From Squalus acanthias (Eukaryota): a stretch of 64,000 bases of DNA. Both the position numbers and the translations under genes were made by a program. Below are positions 51,308 through 64,000 of the stretch, piece after piece (position 1 is the stretch's first letter; the number at the start of each line of letters is the position of its first letter). The DNA lies in contig CM059432.1 in NCBI GenBank assembly GCA_030390025.1, forward strand, positions 92,754,001 to 92,818,000, given 5' to 3'. The notes under the pieces were generated by a model that made no database searches, was not told where the DNA came from, and saw only the letters and a program-made list of their open reading frames with translations.

Positions 51308-52699
51308 ATTAAGAGATATTCAAGGCAAAAGGAGATGGTAATGGGACAGGTTAAGAAATAAAAGATGGCTCTAGATGAAGTGTAAATTGCGCGGGCAGAA
51401 TGAAAGACAGCTGCCATGTGGGAGAGAAGAGAAAAAAAAAGGTGGAAAAAAATATATATATGATAGGGGCCGAGGTTATGATCTGAAATTGTTGAACTCT
51501 ATGTTGAGTCCAGAAGGCTGTAAAGTGCCTAATCGAAAGATGAGGTGCTGTTCCTCGAGCTTACGTTGAGCTTCAGTGGAACAATGTAAGAGGCCGAGGA
51601 CGGTGAGGTCTGAGTGGGAGTGGAGCGGAGAATTAAAATGACAGGCGACCGGAAGCTCGAGGTCCCCCTTACGGACTGATCGGAGGTGTTCCGCAAAGTG
51701 GTCACCCAATCTGCGTTTGGTCTCCCCAATGTAGAGGAAACCGCATCGTGAGCAGCGAATACAGTATACTAAATTGCAAGAAGTACAAGTAAATCGCTGT
51801 TTCACCTGGAAGAGATGTTTGTGGCCCTGGACAGTGGGAAGGGGTGAGTTATAAGGGCATGTGTTGCATCTCCTGCGCTTGCACGGGAAGGTGCCGGGCG
51901 AAGGAGAAGGGGTGTTCTGGGTGATAGAGGAGTGGACCAGGGCATCGTGGAGGGAGCGGTCCCTTCGGAATGCTGAAAGGGGAGGTGAGGGGAAGATGTG
52001 TTTGGTGGTGGGATCACGCTGGAGGTGGCAGAAATGGCGGAGGATGATCTGTTGAATGTGGAGGCTGGTGGGGTGAAAGGTGAGGACAAGGGGAACCCTA
52101 TCATGGTTCCGGGAGGGAGGGGAAGGGGTGAGGGCAGAAGTGCGGGAGATAGAACGGACACGGTCAAGGGCCATGTCAACCACAGTAGAGGGGAATCCTC
52201 GGTTGAGGAAAAAGGAAGACATGTCGGAAGCACTGGTATGGAAGGTGGCATCGTCAGAGCAGATACGGCGGAGACGGAGAAACTGGGAGAATGGAATAGA
52301 GTCCTTACAGGAAGTGGGGTGGGAGGAAGTGTAGTCCAGGTAGCTGTGGGAGTCAGTGGGCTTGTATTGAATGTTTGTCAATAACCTATCCCCAGAGATG
52401 GAGACGGAGAAGTCGAGGAAGGGAAGGGAAGAGTCGGAGATGGACCATGTGAAGGTGAGGGAAGGGTGGAAATTGGAAGCAGAGTGAATGAAATTTTCTA
52501 GTTCAGGGAGAGAGCAGGAAACGGCACCAATACAGTCATCAATGTACCGGAAAAAGAGGTGAGGGAGGGGATCTGAGTAGGCCTGGAACAAAGAATGTTC
52601 CACATATCCCACGAAAAGGCAATGTACTGGAAAAAGAGGTGAGGGAGGGGACCTGAGTAGGACTGGAACAAAGAATGATCCACATATCCCACGAAAAAC

Positions 52700-54090
52700 C
52701 ATTACAGAAGCCTGTCTTCAGCCAATTCGATTCACTCCACGTGATATCAAGAAATGGCTGAGCACACTGGATTCAGCAAAGGCTATGGGCCCCGACAATA
52801 TCCCGGCTGTAGTGCTGAAGACTTGTGCTCCAGAACTAGCCGTGCCTCTAGCCAAGCTGTTCCAGTACAGCTACAACACTGGCATCTACCCGACAAAGTG
52901 GAAAATTGCCCAGGTATGTCCTGTCCATAAAAAGCAGGACAAATCTAATCTGGCCAATTACCACCCCATCAGTCTACTCTCAATCATCAGCAAAGTGATG
53001 GAAGGTGTCGTCGACAGTGCTATCAAGCGGCACATACACACCAAATACCTGTTTACCGATGCTCAGTTTGGGTTCTGCCAGGATCACTCAACTCCAGACA
53101 TCATTACAGCGTTGGTTGAAACAGGGTAAAAGAGCTGAATTCCAGAGATGAGGTGAGAGTGACTGCCCTTGACATAAAGGCAGCATTTGACCGAGTATCA
53201 AAGGAACCCTAGTAAAATTGAAGTCAATGGGAATCAGGAGGAAAGCTCTCCACACCTGGAGGACTGTGCACATGTTTTGGTCTCCTTATCTGAGGAAGGA
53301 TATACTTGCCTCAGAGGCGGGGCAACAAAGGTTCACTAGATTGATCCCTGGGATGAGAGCGTTGTCCTATGTGGAGAGATTGAGTAGATTGGGCCTATAC
53401 TCTCTGGAGTTCAGAAAAATGAGAGTTGATCTCATTGAAACATATAAGATTCTGAGGGGAATTGACAGGGTAGATGCTGAAAGGTTGTTTCCCCTGTCTG
53501 GAGAGTCCAGAACTAGGGAGCATAGTCTCAGAATAAGGGGTCGGCCATTTAAGACTGAAATGAGAAGGAATTTCTTCACTCAGAAGGTTGTGAATCTTTG
53601 GAATTCTCTACCCCAAAGGGCTGTGGATGCTGAATCATTGAATATATTCAAGGCTGAGATAGATACATTTTTGAATATTAAGGGAATCAAGGGATATGGA
53701 AATCAGGTGCGAAAGTGGAGTTGAGGTTGAAGATCAACCTTGATCTTATTGAATGACGGAGCAGGCTCGTGGGACCATATGGCCTACTCCTGCTCCTAAT
53801 TCTTATGTTCTTAGAAGGACAAGGGCAGCAGGCACATGGAAACACCACCTCCTTCAAGTTCCCCTCCAAGTCACACACCATCCTGACTTGGAAATATATC
53901 GCCATTACCTCATCGTTGCTGGGTCAAAATCCTGGAACTCCCTCCCTAACAGCACTGTGAGAGTACCTTCACCACACAGACTGCAGCAGTTCAAGAACGT
54001 GGCTCACCACCACCTTCTCACGGGCAGTTAAGGATGGGCAATAAATGCTGGCCTTGCCAACGACACCCACATCTCGTGAATGAATAAGAA
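52700..54090 (+). mobile_element. Family-B LINE fragments flanking a CR1 3' end (about 53265-53812)
   Basis: ORF 52785-53129 (family-B RT), 53218-53724 (CR1 C-terminus), family-B 3' end at 53812-54090. Confidence 0.8.
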
Positions 54091-54094
54091 GAAA

Positions 54095-54868
54095 GTGTGA
54101 GGTCATCCACTTTGGACTTAAAAAAAGATAGTTCATTGTACTTTCTAAATGGTGAAAATCTAGAAGCAGTGGAGGTCCAAAGAGACTTCAGGGTCCATGC
54201 ACACAGATCATTAAAATGTCATGAACAGATACAGAAAATAATCAAAAAGGCGAATGGAATGCTGGCCTTTATATCTAGAGGACTAGAATACAAGAAGTTA
54301 GAAGTCATGCTACAGCTATACAAAGCCCTGGTTAGACCACACTTGCAATACTGTGTTCACTTCTGAGCACCACACCTTAGGAAGGATATATTGGCCTTGG
54401 AGGGAGTGCAGCGTAGATTTACTAGAATGATACCTGGACTCCAAGGTTTAAATTACACAAACTAGGGTTGTTCTCCCTAGAATTTAGAAGGTTAAGGGGT
54501 GATTTGATCAAAGTTTTCAAGATATTAAGGGGAACTGATAGGGTAGATAGAGAGAAACTATTTCCGCTGGATGGGGAATCTAGGACGAGGGTACATAGCC
54601 TAAAAATTAGAGCTAGGCCTTTCAGGATTGAGGTTTGGAAACACTTCTATAAGGAAAGTGTGGTAGAAGTTTGGAACTCTCTTCCACAAATGGCAGTTGA
54701 TGCTAGGTCAATTGTTAATTTTAAATCTGAGATTGATAGTTTTATGTTAACCAAAGGGATATGGGCCAAAGACAAGTATTTGGAGTTAGGTCACAGTTCA
54801 GCCATGATCTCATTGAATGATGGAACAGGGCCGAGGGGCTAAATGGCCTACTCCTGTTCTTATGTTCC
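54095..54868 (+). mobile_element. CR1 3' fragment
   Basis: ORFs 54097-54366 and 54468-54842 with CR1 C-terminal motifs and tail. Confidence 0.85.
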
Positions 54869-55259
54869 TCTGTAATTCCATCAATGATTTCCAACACCTA
54901 TACTCAGGGCCATTAGTTTGTGAGGAATGAGTAAGTCAACTTCCACTTTGTTACAAGAGACTCCTGGAGTTTTACAAGTGTTTTTAGGGGTCATATTCAT
55001 GATTCCATTCATTTTTCAATGAAAACTGCAAATCAGTGGCCGTGCCTATGACACGATTTCATACCCCTAGAGTTTAACTCTAAAGAAATCCCAATTTTGT
55101 AACTCTGGGGAGGAGATGGTCTCACATATATGTGCCACAACACTGGTTCATGCAAAGAGCAGTTCCCACCTGAACTTCCAGGTATTAATTGCAAGCTGTT
55201 GCCCATACAGTGGACCGTCTATGGGAGTTTGCATACAGGGAAGCAAGATTTAGAGTGCT

Positions 55260-57300
55260 GCAACATCCATTTAAAGGGAAGCAAAGGCAGTTCAAGTCAA
55301 ATTGCTGAGGCAGCAACCTGACTGTCTGGGGAAGTTATATCCCAGCAGATGAACCCTCAGATTTACAGATGCTGCAGAGGAGCCGGTGCTCCTTGAGATG
55401 GGGTACAAGGAAGGCTGCCCCAGAGGGAAGCATGCATTGGAAGAGGCGATGGCCTGACTCAGTATTGTCTCCAATACCCGCAGAACGTGGCAGAAAATGT
55501 GTATAAAGATAGCAGATCTTAAGACAGCTGCCAACAGGTTAACCAATGATACCATATACCAGGTAGATGGTCCAAGTATTCATTGCACAAAGAGTTGCCT
55601 GTCAACTTGTTATACATTTGTTGCTGCCCCATGTAAAGTACTCAGACGGCCGTACTTACTTACCATGCATGCCCATATTACAGCAGAGCACACATTCAAG
55701 CTGCAACTTAGAACTGGAATTCTTGCCACATTGACACTTTAACGGGCTTCATACCAAAATTTCTTCCAACACAAACTAGCTGCATGATGCATGTTAATTT
55801 ACTCACATAAGGGCTGAGATGCAGGATGAGAACTTGAGAGTTACTTTAAGTGCTCTTGAAACTTCCAATGTATCAACACTACTTCTCTGATGCAGGTAGG
55901 AGCAAAAATTGAGCCTGTCAAAGCAAAATGTGGTCAGGAATGTGGGGGAATCTACGAGTCTCATCTGTAGTCGTGCAGGAAGGCTTCCCTCCAGATTGAC
56001 TACCACATTAACTCCTTCCACAGGTGAGTTACTTAGAGGAAGTTACCAGTTAAGGGGAAACTCAGGGGAAGCACAGGCTAAAATACATTTGTTGCAATTG
56101 ATTTGTCCAGAGAGGTACCTTTTGATGCCGGAGAATAAGGTAGCAGCATAGCAAAGAGGACCATGAATAGTTGTTGAAGTAGTGCAGAGAACAATGTTGA
56201 AAATGGTGCTTTAGGCCAGTTTGTTGAGTATATGTTGACACAGCGGCTTGTTAAAAGGGCGGCTGAAGCACTCAGCTGAATCTGCTGTATACGCACTTGG
56301 AGCAATAATCTTCTTGCTACAAAGATGGTTCTGCATTATTGTCTGTGTCCTGCTCTGACCTTGACAGAGCATGCGCCTCTTCATACTCCTTCACCATGGT
56401 TAGGTCTCTTTTATTGTAAAGTGATACAGCATGCAATAGACAACGATTATCCTGGCAGAGCTGAACTGTAAGGCTTTGCTTCAAGATGCTAGGGGTATGC
56501 CCTATCATGATCCTGGTAGCTGAATGGGCCTCGTTGTATCTGCGCTTGTGCTTGTGTCTGTGGTTGTCACAAGGTTAACCATGGCTTAGGAGGGTGGCCT
56601 TGGTCTCTGCTTTTACCTTCAAATAAACTCGGCGCAGAGAATGGCCATAAAATTACAGCATCATGACTGCTGTCAGGGAAGTGCATGATCTGGTGGTACC
56701 AGATTATGCACTATTAAAATATGCCCTGGAATTGTTCTGACATTCCCAAATGGCCACGTGAGTGCCATCAATGACCCCTTTAAACTTTAGGGAATTGAGT
56801 AATACAGTGAATATTGCTTTCCAGTGGGAAAAGCAATGGAAGTGTTTGCCATGCTGGACAATGCAGTGGCTGCTTGCTTGATGCACCTGTGTGCTGAAAA
56901 TTGGCTCACATTGCAGAAGGAGTCAGAGGCGTAAATGTTGAAAGTAGTGGTGACGGCTACTGATCTCCATCAGAGATCAGATATTTTTCTCTGGTGAACA
57001 TAGGTAAGGACAGTCTATAGACAGTGCAACCATGGTGGTCACCACAAATGAGACTGATCCCTTATCTAATGTTCACATGTATAATATTCCAGCAGAGTTT
57101 ATTGTATAGCAATTGCTTTTCCCTCGTCCAATGTTGCTGTGGTCAGTTGCAGTGTCCCTACTGCCACCCTGGGGGAGATCATCTAAATCAGCGCAGACCA
57201 GGAATCACATTTGAGACTTATCTTGCCTATATGGCTCAGTACCATGCCACATGATGTGGTTAGCTACTAAGCTGCTGGGGACAACTCCGGAAGGCAACTT
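55260..57300. mobile_element. Highly degraded Harbinger relic
   Basis: Myb-like remnant (PRFTDAA.., PRT.QK) at about 55350-55530 on plus; GVIDGTHVAI transposase motif at about 56750-56780 on minus. Confidence 0.6.
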
Positions 57301-59417
57301 TTAAAAATGTTGAAATGGGAGAAAAACATGGTAGCCTTGCACATTCCACTAACTTATTTAATTCCATATAGCAGTCTGAGTTCAGTGCTTGGCAGAGTAC
57401 TGCCATACAGATGATGTTGCTTTGGTAACAGTAAAGACTGCTCAAGTGTATTTTCATATTCACACTGACTTGCTACCCCATGAGGTGAGACAGTGCAACC
57501 CTTTTAAGTAGGTTCTGTTGAAACATAAAATGGGATGAATTATTAGAAATTAATAGAAAATGAGTTGTTGTTTTGAAATTCTATGATAAGCAGCTTATAA
57601 TATCCAGTACAAACAAGGCATACAAATGATGTCACAAACTGCAAGAGCCAAGCTCTTGTGTTTTAGAAATATTGATGTAAATCAAGATTTCTCACTGCAT
57701 TTATGACAACAGAATGACCTGCGATCCCATTTCCTGCAGCACCACCTGTCTCAGGTCATGTGCAAACTGCCCACATAAAAAGAGGGTACTGTAAAAAACT
57801 CAAGTGCTTTTTCAGTGCTGTGTGGCCTGAAACTTCAATTGGTCAGGTCATCGTGCAAATATAATTTAGTTCTATAAACAACTAGGCACCAAAATTCCTC
57901 AGGTCATGATCCAGCGGTTATGCCAGTTTGTACTTGCTAATGCCCTCAGCACTAACTTCACCAGAGTATGTGGGGTCAGTGGGATGGCACCTTATTAGCA
58001 AGGGACAGGAAGGTGCGAGTGCAACTTTGGTGTATCTTCAGGACTAATGTGCTTGTGATTATGGAAAACCCTGGTGGTAACCCACCCTTAGGGGGGTTGC
58101 CCAGGACCACCTCTGTCCCCAGCCTTGTTCCCCTTGGTAAGAGGGCCAATTTGTGAAAAAACTTCTTTAAAAATAAATTCTGCTTCCTCGTCAGTTTAGG
58201 GTGCTTGCCAAGCCTGGACCTCACTGGAGTGCTCCACATTCATCCTTATTTCGGCCATAACATCTCACTTTACCAGGCGTACTATCTTCCACAGAAACAC
58301 TGGGATCCATTTTCCTGGAGATTCTGCTGGTCTCTCACTGGAGTTACAGTGGGAGAGCAGTGGAACCCTTGAGGAATTTTGAGGCGCTAATTGATTAAAA
58401 ACAAACCTGGATTTTCTGTTGTGAGGGTTGTGGCTGCTGTGAGGGGACCATCTTGTGCAGGCCCCTTGTGGCATTCCCCTGTACATGTGTTATCTGGAGA
58501 AGGTGCATGAGCTGGAAGCACTGCAGAATGCCCAAGCAGTCAGAGAACACCAGAGTAGGAGAGTTTCCACTAGGACAGACCCAGCTGTGGAGGTATATCG
58601 TCACCAAAAGACTTTATTGAACCTCAGTGAGGAGCAGTGGTTGCAGAGGCTCCATTTCAGTAGGAAAGTGGTCAGTGAGTTATGTCATCGGCTAGGACAA
58701 TACCTGCAACCTTGTTCAAGAACTATCACTGTGATCTTTGCGCCAGTGAAGATCACAATGGCATTATTTTTTGCCACAGGAGGTTTTCAAGGGGATCACA
58801 GAGAACATGGCCTTATATCAGCAAGACTGTTGTTCTTCAGTGCATCCAGCAGTTTACTGCTGCAGTGTTTGCCAAGGCAAACCAATATATACCTTCCCAT
58901 GAATGCCAGGGTGTAGCAAAGCCATGCCATTAGCTTTTCAGACTTGCAGGCATCCCCTCCAGAAAGGGCCCAGGGCAATCAAGCACCAAAGGGAAGAACT
59001 ATGCCCAACTTGAGAGCAACCACCAGAATAAAGTTATACAGGTGAATGTCAGGTTCGCTGGCAGCTCACACATTTTGTTTATGCTCAGGAAATCTACCAT
59101 GCCAGCATTGATTGAAGAAGGCCAAGGATGGGGGGCTGGCTTCTAGGAGTACTTGATTACTTGCTGTTGCCATGGCTGATGACAGCACTGAGGGCTCCTT
59201 GCAATGGAACTGAGCAGAACTAGAACGATGCTCATGCACCAACCAGAGTAACCATAGAGAACAACATTGATCAGAATATAAGCAGAAGTACAAGGTTTTT
59301 GATCGGTCTGGGGTGTCCTACAGAACAATTGAAGGAAGGTATTCAGGAGAAAAGTTGCATGTTGTGTGCAGCAAAATATTGCAATAGATAGGCAATCATT
59401 CAGCTAGATAATTAAGA

Positions 59418-59610
59418 GAAAATGCTGGAAATACTCAGTAGATCAGGCAGCATCTGTGGAGAGAGAAACAGAGTTAATGTTTCAGGTCAATGATCGACCT
59501 GAAACGTTAACTCTGTTTCTCTCTTCACAGATGCTGCCTCACCTGCTGAGTATTTCAAGCACTTTCTGTTTTTATTTCAGATTTTCAGCGTCCGCAGTAT
59601 TTTGCTTTTG
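59418..59610. mobile_element. Short fold-back element made of two inverted PLE 3' ends
   Basis: About 59418-59488 is the reverse complement of about 59496-59565; both match the PLE 3' UTR at 50160-50272; 9-bp TSD taattaaga at 59409-59417 and 59611-59619. Confidence 0.85.
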
Positions 59611-59751
59611 TAATTAAGAAGAGAACTGGGCTGCTGAGGAGCAGGAGGATATACTGAAGGAAGAGGAGGAAGACCCTCCAGAAAGGACCCAGGGTAATCA
59701 ACCACCAAATGGAAGAACGTCAATCTAGGGACTTTCTCCTAAACTACTCAT

Positions 59752-60055
59752 CACATAGGATTACACAAGATTACATAGGATATACGGCACAGAAACAGGC
59801 CATTCGGCCCAACTAGTCCATGCCGGCGTTTATGCTCCACACGAGCCTCCTCCCGTCTTTCCTCATCTAAATCTATCAGCGTAACCCTCTATTCCCTTTT
59901 CCCGCATATGCTTGTCTAGCCTCCCCTTAAATGCATCTATACTATTCGCTTCAACCACTCCCTGTGGTAGCGAGTTCCACATTCTCACCACTCTTTGGGT
60001 AAAGAAGTTTCTTCTGAATTCCCTATTGGATTTCTTGGTGACTATCTTATATTGA
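59752..60055 (-). mobile_element. CR1 3' end, same subfamily as 5774-6380
   Basis: Reverse complement of 6110-6380 with the repeated (atcctatgta)-type tail. Confidence 0.85.
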
Positions 60056-61399
60056 TCACGTTATGGAACCTTTTGTCTTCCTTTCTTCTTTACTTTCCAA
60101 TGCAATAAAACATCCCATAGACATCTGGAAAGACTGTCACAGTTCCCTATCATCACCATTCCACCACCTACAAAGCCTTCAGTTCTGTCTAACATTAAAT
60201 GAAACTTATAAGTGCCATATACTAGTGTCACCAAATTTATTGCACAGATCTTTGAAGCCTGTCAATGTATTACTAATTTTTTCCACCACGGTAATTCCCT
60301 GTCTTAACAGTGTGCGTCTTCTGTGCACAGGTAACTAATCTGGTCCTTCTTCTAAGTGTTTTCATAGAAAGAACAGGGCCAAAGGATGTCAGATGCACAC
60401 CGGCTGGGTCGGCATCATGCTTTACCTCTACCACTGCTGCAGGGGCAGCCTGGTCCTGCCTGCTTTCAGACACCTATGCATTCAAGGGGGAAGGATGGGG
60501 GCAATGAAAGTGGAACAATCTGGAGAGATTGACCCAACATCTATTGACTGTTCTGATCTGTCCCTTCTCTCAGCCTCTGTGACACTCTGCCCACTGATCT
60601 GAAGGTAGTCAGCCCCAGTACAGAAGTGGCATTGAGCAAGCTGTCCACTATTTCCATCCTGGTTTGAGTAGACTCGTCAGTAAGCCGCTCCATTGAGGAG
60701 GCCATGGTGCAGGTTTATCCTTTCATCCCCATTGACCTCAGCTTTGCTATGGCTTCTTGGTGTCATAAATGGTCAAATCCTGCCTTGATATCGAGGGTGA
60801 TTACTCTCAGCTCTCCTCTGGCATGCGGGATGTGGACTCCTCCACACTTGTCACGATGTAATGGAAGCAGCTTGGCACATCACTCAAGGACTGCAGCAAG
60901 CTGTCCTGTTTCAAAGCATTCATCTTTTGAAAGCAGGACCTCAGCGATCTGGGTGCACTACTTATCCAGCTGCTGAAGGAGGCACTTTCCCCTTCTGGTT
61001 GATGGCCTGCCTCTTGTACCTCCTCCTGCTACTGCTGTCCTATGCTCAATGAATCCACCTCGACACTCCCCCTATATGGCCCTGAACTTCCACGTGTCTT
61101 GCACACATTTGAGCCAATATAAGATGAGTTGCGCCCGCCGATGGTCTGCAGAGCTGTTAACATCAGAATTTTGTGGATCAGCTCATTTACATATCCATTG
61201 GAGAAATTACTGACATAAATCTTATGTAAAACAGGAGTAATGTGCTGGGGTGCTTGGAAATTAGAATGCAGTCTTTAAAAATAAATTTATGGCTGAAGAT
61301 TGCAGCAACAGTCTGGGAAGCAGCAGGTAAGTGGCAAAATGCTTCGCTCAGTAAGTTGGCTGTCAGCTAGCTTGACTGGTTGTCTCATAAGTTATTTTT

Positions 61400-63560
61400 G
61401 TGCCATATATCAAGAATGTCTATCCCAGAAGCAGCTGCCAAAAATGTCACTCGTGACATGTGGAGAGAGTTGACAATGAATGCCAACTCTCTCACCCCAA
61501 GGACGGCAGGCCAGTTCTGCAAGAAGTTCAATGACTTGACCAGGGAAGGCAAAATAGCACATCAGCCACTTTCCCTTTTCTTCCTTGGACACCAGCACAC
61601 TCCTCACTCTCTAAAAGTAACTAAGCCTTCACAATGTTCTCAGGTTAAAGGGGCATGAACTCAAATCTTACAGTTTGGCTGCAGATCTCCCCTAACAGCA
61701 ATTACTTTCATGTGCAACCCCTTCGTCTATTTTACAAGGTGATAGCACTACATCTCTTATTTCAGTTGTTCCATGCCAATTGGCACACACTCCTCAGTTT
61801 CTAGTCTTCACCTAATTTACTGCATCTTGTTTCAGGACAAACTAGCACACAATATCCATGAGAGCCAAGCTACATGAGGGGGAGAGGTGGGGGATTCCCT
61901 ACCTGAATGACCTCACCCGCTATGAGGAGCAAACCATAGAGCTCATTGACATGCACTCTGCATGGGAGATAATGAGCTTGTGGACTTGCTTGCGACAGCA
62001 GGTTAGTGACTAAATACCGTATTACCCCTGTGAAGCACCACACAGACAAAAGCTTCCACCCACTTCTTTGTCTTCTTAATCCCAAGGGGTAATGCTCACC
62101 CACTCTTAGCTTGTACCCTCCTTTTATGCTGATTCACCATAGTAACAGTGAAAGAAGATGATGAAGATGATGATGAAAAGGAGGAGAAAGGGAAATGCAA
62201 GTACTTCCTCGTGGATTATGAGGATGACAAAGGTGACGATGATAATGAAGAAGGAAAGGAAATCAGATTCAAGCCCATCCATGAGTTTTTGCAATAGCCG
62301 TCTGTCCCATATTTCCTTGCCACAACATCCTCGATCTCATTCCCTGCATCACCTGTCTTTTCGCTACCATGCACCAGCTCAGATACTTTCACCCAGGGGA
62401 ATGAAATAGTGTTAGCGATGACGTGGCATCAATTGATTCACAGAGCACAGGGGAGCCAGAGGAGTAAGCAATGGGTGAGGATGTGCCATCTTCCTATTGG
62501 AGGCTGAGAAGAAGACTGCCCATGGCTTTGGAGTTATAGGACTCAGAACTCATGGGTACGGACATGAAAGAAGGATGTTTGAAGAATATCACACCAACGT
62601 GGAGACTCTCAAGTCAGTCTCTGAGGACGTGTGGCAACAATTTTCATTTGTGGCAACATCAGAGAAGCTTTTCCTTCATTGCAGACATCAGTGAAGTTTG
62701 TGGCAGCTTTATTGGAATCTGCAGCAGACCCCCGCCGAAAAAGCGGCCAGGGACCAGTAAGTGCCTCCACCTCCACCGAATACAGACTGCTGCCCTCGTT
62801 CCACTTCCATTAGTAGCTTCGTAAAATCCCCAATTCCTCTCCTCGACCCTGAAATTCCAAGTCCTGTGACTTGCTGCTAGAAGTGCAACACAGTGAGACA
62901 CACCTGCCCTATATCCACAATGTGACCCCACCAGAAATTGCAGGGTCAACTCATTAGAATATTACTGGAAGGGACAAAGGCGTGAGTGCCAATTGGTGAG
63001 ATGCACCTGGGAGGCCAATAGGCACAGGAGGAATGGACTATTAGGTGCAAGTAGCAAGAGACTGGCTAGTACAGTGGCCAGAACCAGATGGAATGAAGTG
63101 CACATATAGTAACTGGCAATTCACTAACCCCCAGGGTTCTTCTCAAATGCAGGATGAAGTTTAATAACCTCACAAGTTAAGCAAAGCTAAGTGTTATGGC
63201 TGCAAGCTGACGTTAACATATTTTTTGCACATTTCAGACATCAGACATATATTTATCCGAAAAGTGCATTCACAAACCTAAGGCGAACATCCTGAGCACT
63301 AAATGAACTGTAGTGGCAGTTGCACATGGAAGACTTCAATTAAATGGATACAGCATGCTGCAATCCATGCATGGCCATTGATGCCTCAGTACTTCTGTAG
63401 GAATTGTATAAGAGAAGTGATGAGAATTAAATAGCCTGTGACTGACAATAACAAGACTTCAAGATTGCACACAATTCCCAAGAATGACAGAATAGAGGAG
63501 GGACAGCAAGAGAAGGAGGTAGAGCATTCTAAGAACTCACTCAGTTAATGCCGTATGGGG
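61400..63560 (+). mobile_element. Degraded Harbinger Myb-like gene relic(s)
   Basis: WREL....LTPRTAGQFCKKFNDLTREG at about 61460-61548; acceptor then DKLAHN at 61836; acidic exon at about 62145-62260; a further QCRMKFNNLT-like remnant at about 63145-63175. Confidence 0.65.
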
Positions 63561-63621
63561 ATAGAAGCATGAGAGGGCCTGCACCCATTGTTGGTTTGTA
63601 CTGACCAAGTGCTAATAAGAT

Positions 63622-64000
63622 AAGAACATAAGAAATAGGAGCAGGAGTAGGCCATTCGGCCCTTCGAGCCTGCTCCACCATTCAATAAGATCATGGCTGA
63701 TCTTCTCCCTCAACTCCACCTTCCCGCACTATCCCCATATCCCTTGATCCCTTAATATCCAAAAATCTATCGATCTCTGTCTTGAATATACTCAACGACT
63801 GAGCATCCACAGCTCTCTGGGGTAGACAATTCCAAAGATTCACAACCCTTTGAGTGAAGAAATTTCTGCTCATCTCAGTCCTAAATGGCCAAGCATTTAT
63901 TCTGAGACTGTGACCCCTAGTTCTAGACTCCCCAGCCAGGGGAAACATCTGCCCAGCATCTACCCTGTCAAGCCCTTAAAGAATTTTATATGTTTCAATG
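63622..64000 (-). mobile_element. CR1 3' end, running off the window edge
   Basis: ORF 63691-63948 (MFPLAGESRTRGHSL..RNFFTQRVVNLWN) plus tail. Confidence 0.9.

Larger units (their letters stand above)
50157..52700 (-). mobile_element. 5'-truncated Penelope-like element (RT C-terminus and GIY-YIG endonuclease), interrupted by a Harbinger MITE
   Basis: ORF 51476-52702: FRYIDD, YKPTDSHSYL, LVYCIRCSRCGFLYIGETKRRL; 3' UTR with hammerhead motif. Confidence 0.92.
58330..61100. mobile_element. Degraded Harbinger relic in opposite orientation (transposase plus, probable Myb-gene 3' exon minus)
   Basis: ORF 58455-58916 (VYR...LNLSEEQWLQRLHFSRKVVSELCH.L...VKITMAL) aligns with the transposase N-terminus; minus-strand LRRRTR-type tail at about 60340. 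Confidence 0.65.

Overview
Repeat-dominated eukaryotic (vertebrate) genomic DNA. The repeat families suggest a cartilaginous fish, but that is an inference. Most of the window is nested transposable elements: CR1 LINEs, a second CR1/L2-group LINE family, RTE LINEs, Penelope-like elements (PLEs) carrying minimal hammerhead ribozymes, tRNA-headed Deu-domain-type SINEs and many PIF/Harbinger DNA transposons. Highlights: (1) a structurally complete 4.2-kb Harbinger (36423-40653; 12-bp TIRs, CTA TSD) with an apparently intact three-exon Myb/SANT-like gene and a convergent, singly frameshifted DDE transposase, plus a matching 891-bp non-autonomous element and several older relics with the same exon structure; (2) a 1.6-kb PLE palindrome (arms about 720 bp, 13-bp TSD) with a hammerhead motif on each strand; (3) a CpG-island promoter near 21.8-22.5 kb and several candidate minus-strand host exons that I cannot assign to a named gene. 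Repeat boundaries not anchored by a TSD or TIR are approximate.
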